Below are positions 49,315-61,195 of a stretch of 64,000 bases of DNA, piece after piece. The position numbers were made by a program, and so were the translations under genes. Position 1 is the stretch's first letter, and every line of letters begins with the position of its first letter. The notes beneath the pieces were generated by a model. The model was not told the DNA's origin. It made no database searches and worked only from the letters and a program-made list of their open reading frames with translations. This DNA is from Squalus acanthias (Eukaryota), in the NCBI GenBank assembly GCA_030390025.1, contig CM059432.1:147252001-147316000 (forward strand), read 5' to 3'.

Positions 49315-49984
49315 AGTGAGGGAATACAAATCGGTTACAAAGTATATATAGACAGAGAACAATGTGTCTGCAGAGATACAATCCGTCAGGGAGGCATTAC
49401 ATCAAAGACACAGCAGAGTACAGCTAAGACAATGAGGTGGGGCCACAGGGGGTCCAACGTGTCAAATGCTGCAGTCTGCAGTTAAGCTTTTTACTTTTTT
49501 TTAAAACTTGAAATCACACCTGTGAAGCAGACAATGACGTCGAGTCACGTCCTGTAGCGTGACATGAAACCGAGATCCTGGCATCTCCGCATCAAAGGTA
49601 GAGATGTAACAGGTTTTAAGCACGCACAGAGGCTCGGAAGGGGGCAAGGGGAGGAAGGAACAAAAGGGAAGGTCTGCGATAGGGTGGCAGGCAGGAGAGA
49701 TTAAATGACAAAAGGGATGATCATGCAAGACAAAAGGAGTTGGTAATGGGACAAGAAAAGAAACAAAAGATGTGTCTGGTAGGAGGTGTAAATGACCACA
49801 GCAGAATCATTACCAACAGCTGCTGTATGAAAAAATGAAACAACGGTTATGATTATGATCGCTGTTTCACCTGCAAGGAATGTTTGGGGCCCTGGACAGT
49901 GGGAAGGGAGGAGGTAAAAGGGCAGGTGTTGCATCTCCTGCACTTACACGGGAAGTGCTGTGGGAAGGGGAAGGGGAAGGGGTG

Positions 49985-50300
49985 AAACAGCGATTTACTT
50001 GTACTTCTTTCAATTTAGTATACTGTATTCGCTGCTCAATATGCGGTCTCCACTACATTGGGGAGACCAAACACAGCTTTGCGGAAAACCTCCATTCAGT
50101 CCGCAAGCATGACCCTGAGCTCCCGGTCGCTTGTCACTTTAACTCTCCGCCCCACTCCCACTCTGCCCTCTCTGTCCTCGGCCTCCTGCACTGTTCCAAT
50201 GAAGCTCAATGAAAGTTCATGAAATAGAATTTCATCTTTCGATTAGGCACTTTACAGCCTTCCAGACTCAACATTGAGTTCAACAATTTCAGACTATAAC
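49985..50300 (+). pseudogene. Penelope GIY-YIG endonuclease remnant
   Basis: FTCTSFNLVYCIRCSICGLHYIGETK...PVACHFNS...FIFRLGTLQPSRLNIEF with stops. Confidence 0.9.
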
Positions 50301-50555
50301 CCCTGCCCCCATTGTTTCGGTCAGCAGCTGTTGGTAATGATTCTGCTGTGGTCATTTACAGCTCCTCCAGACCCACCTTTTGTTTCTTTTCTTACCACCC
50401 CTTTTGCCTCGCACCATCATCCCTTTTGTCATTTAATCTCTCCTGCCTTCCACCCTATCACAGACCTTCCCTCTTGTTCTTTTCCCCCCTCTTTCCCTGC
50501 CTCTGTACTTGCTTAAAACTTGCTTAAAACCTGCTTAAAATCTCTAACATTTTCC

Positions 50556-50592
50556 AGTTCTGATGAAAGGTCATCGACCTGAAACGTTAACT
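50556..50592 (+). ncRNA. Minimal type I hammerhead ribozyme motif (Penelope family A)
   Basis: AGUU-CUGAUGA-A-AGGUC-AUC-GACCU-GAAA-CG-UU-AACU: intact core, 4-bp stem I, 5-bp stem II. Confidence 0.75.
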
Positions 50593-50679
50593 CTGTTTCT
50601 CTCTCCATAGATGCTGCCTGATCTGCTGAGTATTTCCAGCATTTTCTGTTTTTATTTTATATTATATGAAAAAAAATCT

Positions 50680-52150
50680 GGCTGGCCCGACACAAACAGC
50701 TCTACTCGGTATCTGAAGGCATGTCAAGGTGTCTCAGCACCATGGCTGAGAGTGTGGACTCTGCACCCTGCCTCTGTGGTGTCATCTTGCATGGCATCAC
50801 CACTCTGCAGTCTACCCTGGATTGTATGGTTACCTCCAGGGACGCTGCGAGATTGATGGATCAAATGGAGAGGGGCTTTGAAGGGGGTTTGCCATCTTCT
50901 GCAGTCTGCTCTCCCAAAGATCAATGGAAGCGATGAGCTCCAGCCCCAAGGGAGGGGCAGTGGCACGATGGGGGAAGTACGTGTAGCGTTTAGCCACTAA
51001 GAACGGCACTATGCCAGTGACCGCGCCATCTTTCACAGCAAGGATACAGTGCCTCCCCATGAGGGATCATGAGGTGATTCAGGTTAACAATGCCCCCTTT
51101 GATAACCTGCTTCTTGTGGGGCATTGTCTGCCTTTTTTATTTGCAACAAGAATGAGAAAAGTAGGAAAAGGCGAGCATGTTGAATGTGTGCCAAGTGGCA
51201 TGGCAGAGTTGAAGTAAGAGATGTGGTTAAAGTAGAGCAAGGTGATTTAGGATTGTGAAAGTAAGAAATCACTGTTCAGGAGATGGATAGCCATACTGTA
51301 AAATCCCATGTTAGTGTCCCCCTTAACCAGCGTGCAGAGTGTATTGTGAAGAGTGAGTTGAATAGCTGTTACTTTTAGAGAGTGAAGTGTGACGTAAGAA
51401 AACTACTCGGCACTTGGTCTAAGCGTTAAACAAAGCTTTAATCCACTGTTTTTCAACATGGAGGTCTAGTTGTGTCCTTCGCTAGTTCCTGTTAAAGAAT
51501 GTCCTGAGCAAGCTGGGCCCATGCCCGAGTATTTATACTCTCCCTGGACAGCGCCACCAGCAGGCCGCCCAGTATTATTTCATAAGTCATTTCCACATGA
51601 ATGACAAGATTCATGTCAAAGTGTATGCTGGTGCCCAGGGTGCCCGAGCAAGAAAAGAGAGAGTGTCGGTGTGTTAGCTTGCCTGCCCACATCAGGTCGT
51701 TGTACTTTTTTCGGCACTTGTCTGCAGTCCTGAGGATAAGAGAGTTGGCACTCGTGCCACTGCCACCTCTCACTACATGGCATGATTGACATTTCTGGTA
51801 GGTTTCCTGCATCCAGCAGCCTATGTCACCTGAATCTAATTTAATTCAAGGAGGTTTGCAGGTCCATCTGCAGGAAATTGTGGCGTCATCATGTCTTACT
51901 CTGTGCCGAGCCCTGGTCCCTTGTTTAGCTGTGTACCAGCTGCCCTTGTGTGAGGTACTCTTGAAAAGTGGCACAAAACCAGTAATGAGACATCCAGTCA
52001 TGCCAGCTGACAGACAAGTGAGCAAACCAAACACTGTTCCTTACTTACTTACTGCTCCCCCCTGACTGTTGCTGCAATCTTTAGTCAGAACTGGCATTTT
52101 AAAGGCTGCACTCTAATTTCCATGCAGCCAATTGCCTTACCCCTCTTTTC
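50680..52150 (-). mobile_element. Highly degraded Harbinger-like remnant (Myb/SANT piece)
   Basis: rc RTADKCRKKYNDL at about 51690-51735; boundaries uncertain. Confidence 0.45.
51390..51618 (-). mobile_element. Solo LTR, 229 bp
   Basis: Reverse complement of 25752-25980; TSD AAGTG on both sides. Confidence 0.9.
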
Positions 52151-52990
52151 AGAGAATCATAGAACACAGAAGGAGGCCATTCATTCATTCATTCATCCCC
52201 TCGTGTCTGTGCTGGCTCTCTGAAAGAGCCACAAATTAGGCCCACTGCCCTGCTCTTTCCCCATATCCATGCAATTTTTTTCCTCGTTAAGTATTGAATG
52301 TGCTTCCATCACCCTTTCAGGCAATGCATTCCACATCACAAGGTAGATGCAGAGAGGATGTTTCCCCTCGTGGGGAAATCTAGAACTCGGGGGCATAGTT
52401 TCAGAATAAAGAGTCACCCTTTTAGAACTGAGATGAGGAGGAATTTCTTCTCTCAGAGGGTCGTAAATCTGTGGAATTCTCTGCCCCAGAGAGCCGTGGA
52501 GGCTGGGTCATTAAATACATTTAAGGTGGAGATAGACAGAATTTTGCAAGATAAGCGAGTGAAGGGTTATGGGGAGCGGGCAGGGAAGTGGCTTTGAGCC
52601 CAAGATCAGCCACGATCTTATTGAATGGCGGAGCAGGCTCGAGGGGCCAAGTGGTCTAATTCCTGCTCTGGTTTCTTATGTTCTTATAACAACTCACTGA
52701 GTTAAAAAAAAACATTCTCATCTCTCCCTTAATTTTTTGGTCAATTTGAAACCTGTTCTTTTGGTTACCAACCTTCCTGCCAGTGAAAACAGTTTGTCCC
52801 TATCGACTCGATCAAAACCCCATATAACTTTAAACACCTCTATTATATCTCCCCTTAACCTTCTCTGGTCCAAGGAGAACAATCTCAGTTTCTCCAGACT
52901 CTCCAGATAACTGAAACCCCTCATCCTTGGTGTAATTCTGGTCAATCTGCTCTGTACCCTGTCCGAGGCCTCCTCACATCCTTTCTAAAT
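52150..52990. mobile_element. Nested CR1 3' fragments (minus-strand host with plus-strand insert at about 52340-52690)
   Basis: RMFPLVGKSRTRGHSFRIK (+); LFSLDQRRLRGDIIEVFK (-). Confidence 0.85.
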
Positions 52991-53383
52991 GGGTTGCATG
53001 CCAATCATTACTCCAGTGGATATTAATGAGTTGATCCAGGAAATTCTGACGTATATACCTCTCCAGACCATCAGCAGGCACAGCCCTTCCTCCATTAGTG
53101 TAACAGTATGGCAAATCACCAGGTGAAAAATTGGGTCATTATAAAATGGTATTTGCTCCAACTCTCAGTGAATAATGCCACAGGAGATCGACTATGAATT
53201 CTATAATATATAATTTAAATTGCAATATCTCTTATAATGACTGAATCTGAATGGTATTATTTGAATTAGTTGGACTATTTCTAAAAGGACAATGGCATAA
53301 TGATCTTTGATATGTTTATTTATATGTAAATTCGTTCAGTACTTTGAAAATGATGGGATATAAGAGGTAATTCTAGACTCCAG

Positions 53384-55440
53384 GGCCGCGATTCTCCCTA
53401 CCTCGGCGGGACGTGGCGGGCAACATCGGTGGCGGGTCTCATAGAAACATAGAATCTAGGAGCAGGAGTAGGCCATTCGGCCCGTCGAGCCTGCTCCGCC
53501 ATTCAATACGATCATGGCTGATCATCCAAATCCAGTACCCTGTCCCTGCTTTAATCCCCACAGTACACATATCCCACCCTACCCCCGTAACCCCACGTAT
53601 TTAATTCCCCCTAACATATCCCATCCTATCCCCATAACCCCACATATTTAATCCCCCCTAACACTAAGGGTCAATTTATCATAACCAAATCAACCTAACC
53701 CACACATTTTTGGACTGTGGGAGGACACCGGAGCACCCGGAGGAAACCCACGCAGACACGGGGAGAATGTGCAAACTCCACACAGACAGTCACCCGAGGT
53801 CAGATTCGAACCCGGGTCTCTGGCGCTGTGAGGCACCAGTGCTAACCACTATGCCACCGTGTTGCCCACTGCTGGCTCCATCCCGGCCTCCGACATGACT
53901 TTCTGATGATTGGGCTTGTTAAGCCCGCCCAGCGAGTTTCCCGGCCAATTGAAGGAAGAGGGTCTGATGACGTCATTTGATGACGCGTCATCAGCCGGTT
54001 TCCTTAAAGGGACCATGTCCACATTGATTTTGACTGTTGTGCTGTCAGTGTTCTACAGCATTGAGGTGCTGCAAACACAGACAGTCACTGCACAGAGGTG
54101 CACGGCTGCACCCAGGCTCTCCCATGACTCCCTCCATATGCTTATGGAGGGAGTCACAGCACGCAGGGAGGTCCTCTTCCCTTCCAATGGGCGGAAGAGA
54201 CCTCCCCAGGAGACCAATGTAGCCTGGTTGCACATTGCACAGGAGAGCACAAGCAGGGATATCATCAGGAGTGCCTGGCTGCAGTGGCGCAAACCTTTCA
54301 ATTATCTCAGTAGATCATGAAACGTTACTGCAAAGCCACACTCAACCTCATCCTGCTGTGCCACTCATCACATCCCCATCACTCTGCCTTCCCTACCCTA
54401 CTCCTGCACATCCTTACTCACACCAACTTACCTTACACCTCCACCCATCCCTCGCTATCTATATTAACACTCCCACATGATACGCAGACTCATCCTAGTG
54501 CAATCAGACCAACTAACAGCACACAAGGGTAGGCACTTGTGTGTTTTAGCCAATGTTCATGTGAAGTTTCTGTTAATGTGCTGTCAAACATTGAAATCTT
54601 TATTTTCAACACTTTGCTTTCTTGGACAGATTTGTGTGCACCTTTGGAAGTGGCTTAGTGAGTTGCAGTGACTGGTGAGACATAAGGGTACCCCTCCCCC
54701 CACCCACCCCACAATGTTGATGAGTGTGAAAGGAATGGCTTGGACATTGTAGGGATGCTTTATGGTGTTGGTGTGGGGTGCTGCCAACCTGGTGCATCAT
54801 GTGGCAGCCAGGGTGTGCAGCGTCCAGTGAAGCAAATCTGGAGGTGGTGAGGCCATTGCTGGTGTCCCGGGCAGCAATGTGGTGGGGTGCGGATGCCCTG
54901 TGTCCTGTGCAGCATCAATTGACTGCGGAGAAGGTTGGTATTGATGTTGGTGCTGCTGGTGTGGTGGGAGAGGTCAATGGTGGGAGAGGTAACGAGGTCA
55001 GAATGCATGGAGACTCTTGAATCTATAGTGGAAATGCAGTTTAGAGATGCTAGTGCTTAAGGGAAGATATCTGAATCAGTTGGGAGCTTTGAGTTGACAT
55101 TTGAAGCTGTCAACTCATCAGCTGATTCAATGGCCACTGACCTCCCACCTCAGCTTCACAGACAAGGTCTAGGCACAGCAGGAAACCCAGGGGAGACCTG
55201 TGAAAGTTAAAAAGCTGGGGGGAAAAAGCATTGTTAAGTGGCTGTAAACAAACCACTAATGATTTGAATTGGGTCCCTGCCACTGCCTGTCGGGTCTGCT
55301 CAGCGCTGGCAGACCCGACATCAGGAGATGCAGGTGTGCGCGTTTGGACAGCCGGTTCCCGACCCGCTGTCAATCATTTTAAATGTCACAGCTGACCCGC
55401 CAACCCATCCTGTCTGCTGAGCGCCGGCAAAATCGCGGCC
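53384..55440. mobile_element. Non-autonomous Harbinger deletion derivative (family D), copy 2
   Basis: TIRs GGCCGCGATT / AATCGCGGCC, TSD CAG/TAG; APRLSHDSLHMLMEGVTARREVLFP...WLHIAQE...QWRKPFNYL. Confidence 0.85.
53440..53867 (-). mobile_element. HE1-type V-SINE (tRNA head, V domain, CR1-derived tail)
   Basis: rc: ggcaacacggtggcatagtggttagcac (A box), gggttcgaatc (B box), tgtgtggagtttgcacattctccccgtgtctgcgtgggtttcctccgggtgctccgg; tail (TTTCTATG)n. Confidence 0.9.
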
Positions 55441-56454
55441 TAGCACTTCCAATGGAAAGTGACGATCACAGGAAGTCCATCTCAATATCGCGAAAATAGC
55501 AGAAAATCGCTGCCTGTGCCATTTCCCAAAATGCACTCCCCACTAGAAATACCTCCCATAATCAATTATTGTTTAGCTTAACATTCTCAGCTGCCAGTGC
55601 TGCCTCTAATGTTCTCCACATAACTTTCTCACATCCAGATTTCCTCAAGCTGAGAAGCATAGTACTAACCTGTTGCTGCCTTCCTTCCCTCTCAGCTCCG
55701 CTCACTCTGGACTGGAATAAGACACTGACAGGCATTTGTTTCTTTCTCTTGCAGGGGCAGAAGTGCAGCCTGGCCCTGGAAACTAGTCCCATCATGCTAG
55801 CTCAGCTTCTTCACTTGTTCTACAAGGACCAACCCACAGGGAAAGGCTTGAACAGTGTTTCAAGTGCTGACTCTTCCCATTGGCCAGTTTACAAAGGACT
55901 AAAATCTCTCGGCACTGGATCTTTTATTGGCTTTTGTTCTTCATTTTCTGTTTTAAAATGACCTTTTTTTTTGCACAGGTGGAGAGGTTGAATGCAAAAA
56001 TAGTTCTGGAAGTTTTGATTTTTACAGATATGGGCCCCAGGCCTCCTATAATAAGAGCTGGTGCTGGTGTTGTACAGCATAATCCTAACAGGGGGATCTG
56101 AGGCCTTGCAAATGGATGTTCTAACGCTGTATAACAAATATTTGTTGAAGGACTTCTTGCTACTACAGCACAAGGGTGGAAGTACGAATGCCATCAAGTG
56201 ACATGTTTATTATTTTGAATTGTGCTTTTTTTTTGAATCCCACCCCTCAAACTTCATTAAACTGTAACTGTGTGACATGCAGTTATGAGCTTCTAATGGA
56301 ACCTTTGTTCATCCAATAGCACCAACAACCTGCCACCTCTTTATGCAGTCAGTGCAATTTGATTCACTCTATTGACTTGTGTGATTCTACTGAATCTTTC
56401 TGCAATCTGGTTGGTGTGCTCTCTTTGACAGTAAAACTGCTAACTACATATCTG

Positions 56455-57100
56455 CTCCATCACCAAGACTGCCTACTTCCACCTCTGATTCCGCTCCTGC
56501 CTCAGTTCATCCGCTGCTGAAACCCTCATCCATGCCGTTGTTACCTCTAGACTTGACTATTCCAATTGTTTCCTGGTCGGCCTTCCATCTTCCACCCTAC
56601 ATAAATTTCAGCTCATCCAAAACCTCTGCTGCCATTATCCGAACTCGCACCAAGTCCCGTTCACCCATCACCCCCCGTGCTCGCTGACCTACATTGACTC
56701 CGGGTCAGGCAACGCCTCAATTTTAAAATTCTCATCCTGTCTTCAAATCCCTCCATGGCTTCACCCCTCCCTATCTCTGTAACTTCCTCTAGCCCCACAA
56801 CCCTTTGAGATATCTGCGCTCCTCCAATTCTGGCCTCTTGCGCTTCCCTGATTTTAATTGCTCCACTGTTCAGCTGCCTAGGCCTAAAGCTCTGGAATTC
56901 CCTCCCTAAACCTCTCCGCCTCTCTATCTCTCTCTCCTCCTTTAAGATGCTCCTTAAAACCTCCCTCTTTGACCAAGCTTTTGGTCGTCTGTCCGAATAT
57001 CTCCTTATGGGACGTGGTGTCAAATTTTGTTTGATAATCGCTCCTGCAAAGCACCTTGGGATGTTTTACTGTGTTCAATGTGCTGTGCAAGTTGTTGCTC
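56455..57100 (+). mobile_element. L2 LINE 3' fragment
   Basis: gctgaaaccctcatccatgcc-ttgttacctctagacttgactattccaa (ETLIHA.VTSRLDYSN) plus L2 3'UTR. Confidence 0.9.
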
Positions 57101-57789
57101 ATACACGTTGTTTTGTAGAGACACCACACTTTCATTAATTCTGTCTGATAGCGGTATGCAGTGTCAAATTTATTATTCATTTCAACTATCTATATTACAG
57201 CAGTAGAGGATTACATTAATTTCCACATTTCCAATTTTACAAAACTTTTAACTAAATAGGTGTTGAACTTTGTCCAATAGTAATTACAGGCACTTTTCAA
57301 CTGGGCAGGCTTGCAAAAATATTTTATTTATATCTGAACCAGCAGCCAGGAATAAATCAATGTTAAATTATCAGTTTGGCACATTGCACACCCTAATCTG
57401 TCACTAGCATGGTCACCTCAGATCATGCTATGTGAAACATATTTCAGCTGAATCAATGTAAATCATTGATTCAGTTGAAACATTGCGATATTAGCAAGTG
57501 CCTGAGTTGTACACGTTGATTTATGTGGCTTCAAGGGCCTCCTGTAATAAAAGCAGTCACAGAAACTCTGAAAGCAGTCGATGCTGTTGTAATGCAGAGG
57601 TGTGCAAGCTTTTGTCTTTGTGTATTGCACCAATCTATCATGGAGCCTTGGGGGCAAGCTGTACAGTTTAAATCCTTGTTCCTATTAATGTGGAAAAAAC
57701 CTCAAATTGCTGATGCTAACAGATGATGTCATTGAGGAGTAGCCCTTTCCAAGCCTCCAGAATTCAAACTAGACAAACCATGAAATAAG

Positions 57790-57855
57790 GAATATAAAAT
57801 AAAAACAGGAAATGCTGAAAACACTCAGCAGGTCAGGTAGCATCTGTGGAGAAAG
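57790..57855 (-). mobile_element. Small Penelope family A pseudo-LTR fragment
   Basis: aaataaaaacaggaaatgctgaaaacactcagcaggtcaggtagcatctgtggaga, as at 48230-48285. Confidence 0.65.
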
Positions 57856-58557
57856 GCATAAGAAATATAAGCTCAGTTGGACTGAGTTTCTGGGCTTTGA
57901 GGCTGCATTGCCAGGGATCAGGAGGACCTAGGGCTGCAAGTTGCACAGTCCTATTACTGCCCTCATTATCAGTAGCACCACAATCCCGGTTACGCAGGTA
58001 CACTTACTCGAATGAATGTCAGGGGTAAGGGGTCACGGTGTAATATTAAAATAATTCTGTCTCAGTCAGTTTTACACACGAATCTTAAGCCAGAACTGGC
58101 TTTTTTAAATTTTGGAATGACCCAACTATACTTTCCTTTACCTGTTGGCATTTGAGTATTCTGCTGGCTCTGGGAATTATTCTCGGTTTCTTCTGTTCCT
58201 TGATTGTAACAAGCACAGAATCTGCCTGAGGTTACAGACTATTCCCCATGTCGAGAAGGGCTTATAAACATGAGTCATCAATACAAACAAATTTGTCGAG
58301 TTAATACGTGAGATTTACCTAAGCCTTTAATCCACTGCATTTCAGTTAGGGTTTGATCAAGGTTTAGATTAATCATAATGAAGTATTGATGAGTCAATGT
58401 CATCTAATTAGATGGCTTTATAGCACCACAGGGTAGAAATTCTGCTCAGTGATGTTTACATTTGAAGCCTCCATGTACTCGCATGACAGTGCTGTGTGTG
58501 CAGATATTTTAAGTTGGTTAACCTCCCCCTGTGCAATAGTAGCACACACAGGAATAT

Positions 58558-58720
58558 GGTACAACAACAACTACAACTTGCATTAATCTAGCACCTTTAA
58601 CGTAGTAAAACATCTCAAGATGCTTCACAGGAGCGTTATCAAACAAATTTGACACCGAGCCACATAAGGAGAGATTAGGACAAATGACCAAAAGCTCAGT
58701 AAAAGAGAGAGGTTTTACAG
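58558..58720 (-). mobile_element. L2 3' end
   Basis: acaacaacaactacaacttgcat...agcacctttaacgtagtaaaac, as at 16386. Confidence 0.8.
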
Positions 58721-59599
58721 GAGAAAGGGGACTTGGAGGGGTAAAGAGAAAAGAAGAAAAAAAGAAGGGGGAAAAACGTGATAGGCTTGGGTCAAGTGTT
58801 TTAAGCACTCATAATTAGTCTTGCTGATCAGAATTCCTATCCTCAGATCTCTGTACTAAGATTATAGCTTTGCTTAACGTTCAATGTATACGGGTTGATT
58901 TCCTGATCTTGTTCTCCTGGCGGACAGCCTCGCTGGTGAGAAACATGTATTGGAAATATCAATTAACGATCGCAAAATCATGCATGTTGTGCATCTGCCA
59001 TTCCAGGCGTGAGAAATTCCTTACCATGAGAACAAAGTTGAAAAATTACTCCTCTAAATTTTTCACAAGAACTGATCCAAAAAAGTCTTGTTTTTAAGAA
59101 TAGTTTGGTGCATTCTTGTTAATCAATCGGTATGGAGTGTAGATCTAGACTGATTAGCACAGCCCAGTACGGTTCTGCTTTGGGGATAGTGAAGGAGTCT
59201 CATGGTGTAACTGGGTTTTCTCAGCCGTAAGACCGGCTGCATCTTTGTTATCGGAGACAAAATTCGGTTATGAGGTAAGGGGACAGGATTTATCTTCACA
59301 AAGGTTGAGTTTGCAAAAAGTGAGAAGTTTCCAGAACGAAAAGATGGATTCACTGCGAGAGCAACAAATGTGTTTGACATTGATGTAGCTGTTCATTTGG
59401 AGTCTTTACAATCTCTGTAAGGTTTAATAAATAGTATTTTGTGGTACTGCTGAAGCACAGCCTAAGGCAGTTGTGTAAAATATGGGGCGGGTTTCCTTTT
59501 ATTGCACCTGAGCCTATTGCGTCAACTGGCACTGTACGTAGAAAGAAAACTGGGTGGGGAAAAGCACACTTTGAGGTCTTCTGCTTCGGACCCAAGAAA

Positions 59600-61195
59600 G
59601 ATAAATGTTGAGAGACTAGGAACAGTGGAGGAGCAAAGGGATTTTGAAGTCCAAGCACACAAATCATTAAAAGCTAGTAGACAGGTACAAAAAGCAATTG
59701 AAAAGATTCATGGAGTGTTGGTCTTTATCTCAAGGAGGCTGTAATGCAAAGGGGAGGAAGTGATGCTTCAGTTGTACAGAGCCTTGGTCAGACCCCATCT
59801 GGAATAACTGCGCTCAGCTCTGGACACCGCACCTCAGGAAGGACACAATGGCCCAGAAATTAAAGACGGAGCCTTCCTGCGGGGGTAAGGCTTCCCCGCG
59901 ATATCTCACTGCGCGCCTACCTTTTCCTCCGAGCTCACACGAACTTTAGTTTCAAGGCTGCAGCTGTGCAGTGTGTGCGTATCCCAGAGACGGAGTTAGT
60001 TCGTGCGAGCTCTGGGATCACACGATTCAGTTAGAGCCAATGGCAGCACACCATCTTTCATTCATAGTTTTGACAGCAAGGGCTGTGAAAGCTATGAATC
60101 TATACCCCCCCCAAAAGAACAGCTAAACCTCAATTAAATTATTAAAAAAGCCATCACATTAATAAAATAACTATAGTTAAATAAATTAACCACTTTAAAC
60201 AAAAAATTAAATTTTTGAAAAAATTTAAAATCTTTTTAAAAGTTATAAAAATAAACTTACCTTTCTTTAAAGTCTCTAAAAAAGATAAACCTGTTGAAAA
60301 AAATTTAAAATAATACTTAATTAACTACTTACCTTGTTAAAAGAGGGTCTTACGCCTCCTTTCTTTATGTGCAAAATCTTCCATGCTTACCTGTGCGTTC
60401 AAAGCACTAAGTGCACTGCGTGCGCACAGCCTGTAGCGCGCACGCGATTCACTTAGGAACCGCACCCTTTTGAGTTCACGAAGTGCCGGTTTCCCGCGCA
60501 GGCGCAGTGCATGCTGGAAACCGGCAATTGGAGGCCTAATACGCGAGAGTACACAGTGCGTACTCTCGCGTATTAGGTCTAATTTTCGGGCCATTGGTCT
60601 TGGAGGGGGTGAAGCGCAGATTCACCAGAATGATACCAGGGGTGGGGGTAAGGGTCAGGAAGTGTCTAGTCATTGATGCTCCGGCCATCCTGGTGTGGGG
60701 CAGGCTTGATGGACCAGCTGGTCTCTTCCTGCCCGTCAATTCCGCATGTTCGTATTGAAGGGTTAAATTATGAGGACAGGTTGCACAGGTCGGCTTGTAT
60801 TTCCTTGAGTACAGAAGACTGAAGAGTGATCTGATCGCGATGTTAGTTTTTGATAGGGTAAGACACAGAGAAATTATTTCTTCTGGAGGGGGAAACAAGA
60901 ACAAGGAAACAAAATGTTAAAATTAGAGCCAGTCCATTCAGGAGTGAAATCAGGAAGCACTTTTTCCACACAAAGGGTGGTAGAAATCTGGGATTCTCTC
61001 CCCAAAAGCTATGGATGTGGGGACAATTGGAGCTTTCAAGACTGAGATTGATGCATTTTTATTAGTTAAGGGTATCAAGGGACATGGAGCAAAGGTGATT
61101 ACATGGAGATGAGATGCAGATCAGCCATGATCTAATTGAATGGCGAAGCAGGCTTGACGAGTTGAAACAGCTACTGCTATTCTTAATGCTCCTAT
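59600..61195 (+). mobile_element. CR1 3' fragment with nested MITE C
   Basis: EEQRDFEVQAHKSLK, gccttggtcagaccccatctggaata, 3'UTR cagccatgatctaattgaatggcg. Confidence 0.8.
59850..60592 (+). mobile_element. Harbinger-type MITE family C, complete
   Basis: Ends GGCCCAGAAATTA / TAATTTTCGGGCC, TSD AAT/ATT; AT-rich core and subterminal hairpins. Confidence 0.8.

Larger units (their letters stand above)
48329..49592. mobile_element. Penelope-like family B insertion hosting MITE A copy 4
   Basis: 13-bp TSD CAAAGGTAGAGAT (48316-48328, 49593-49605); rc DLGFMSRYRT*; homologous to 39493-39985. Confidence 0.8.
48196..50658 (+). mobile_element. Penelope-like family A element: inverted pseudo-LTR, GIY-YIG endonuclease remnant and pseudo-LTR
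   Basis: 48196-48315 plus 49593-49830 is the reverse complement of about 50320-50657 (with gaps); GIY-YIG at 49985-50300. Confidence 0.85.

Noticed and set aside
50510..50541. 11-bp tandem (TGCTTAAAAC[T/C]) x3
   Set aside because: Simple slippage duplication within the pseudo-LTR.
53790..53867. tRNA-like sequence
   Set aside because: It is the SINE head (A and B boxes followed by the V domain), not a tRNA gene.
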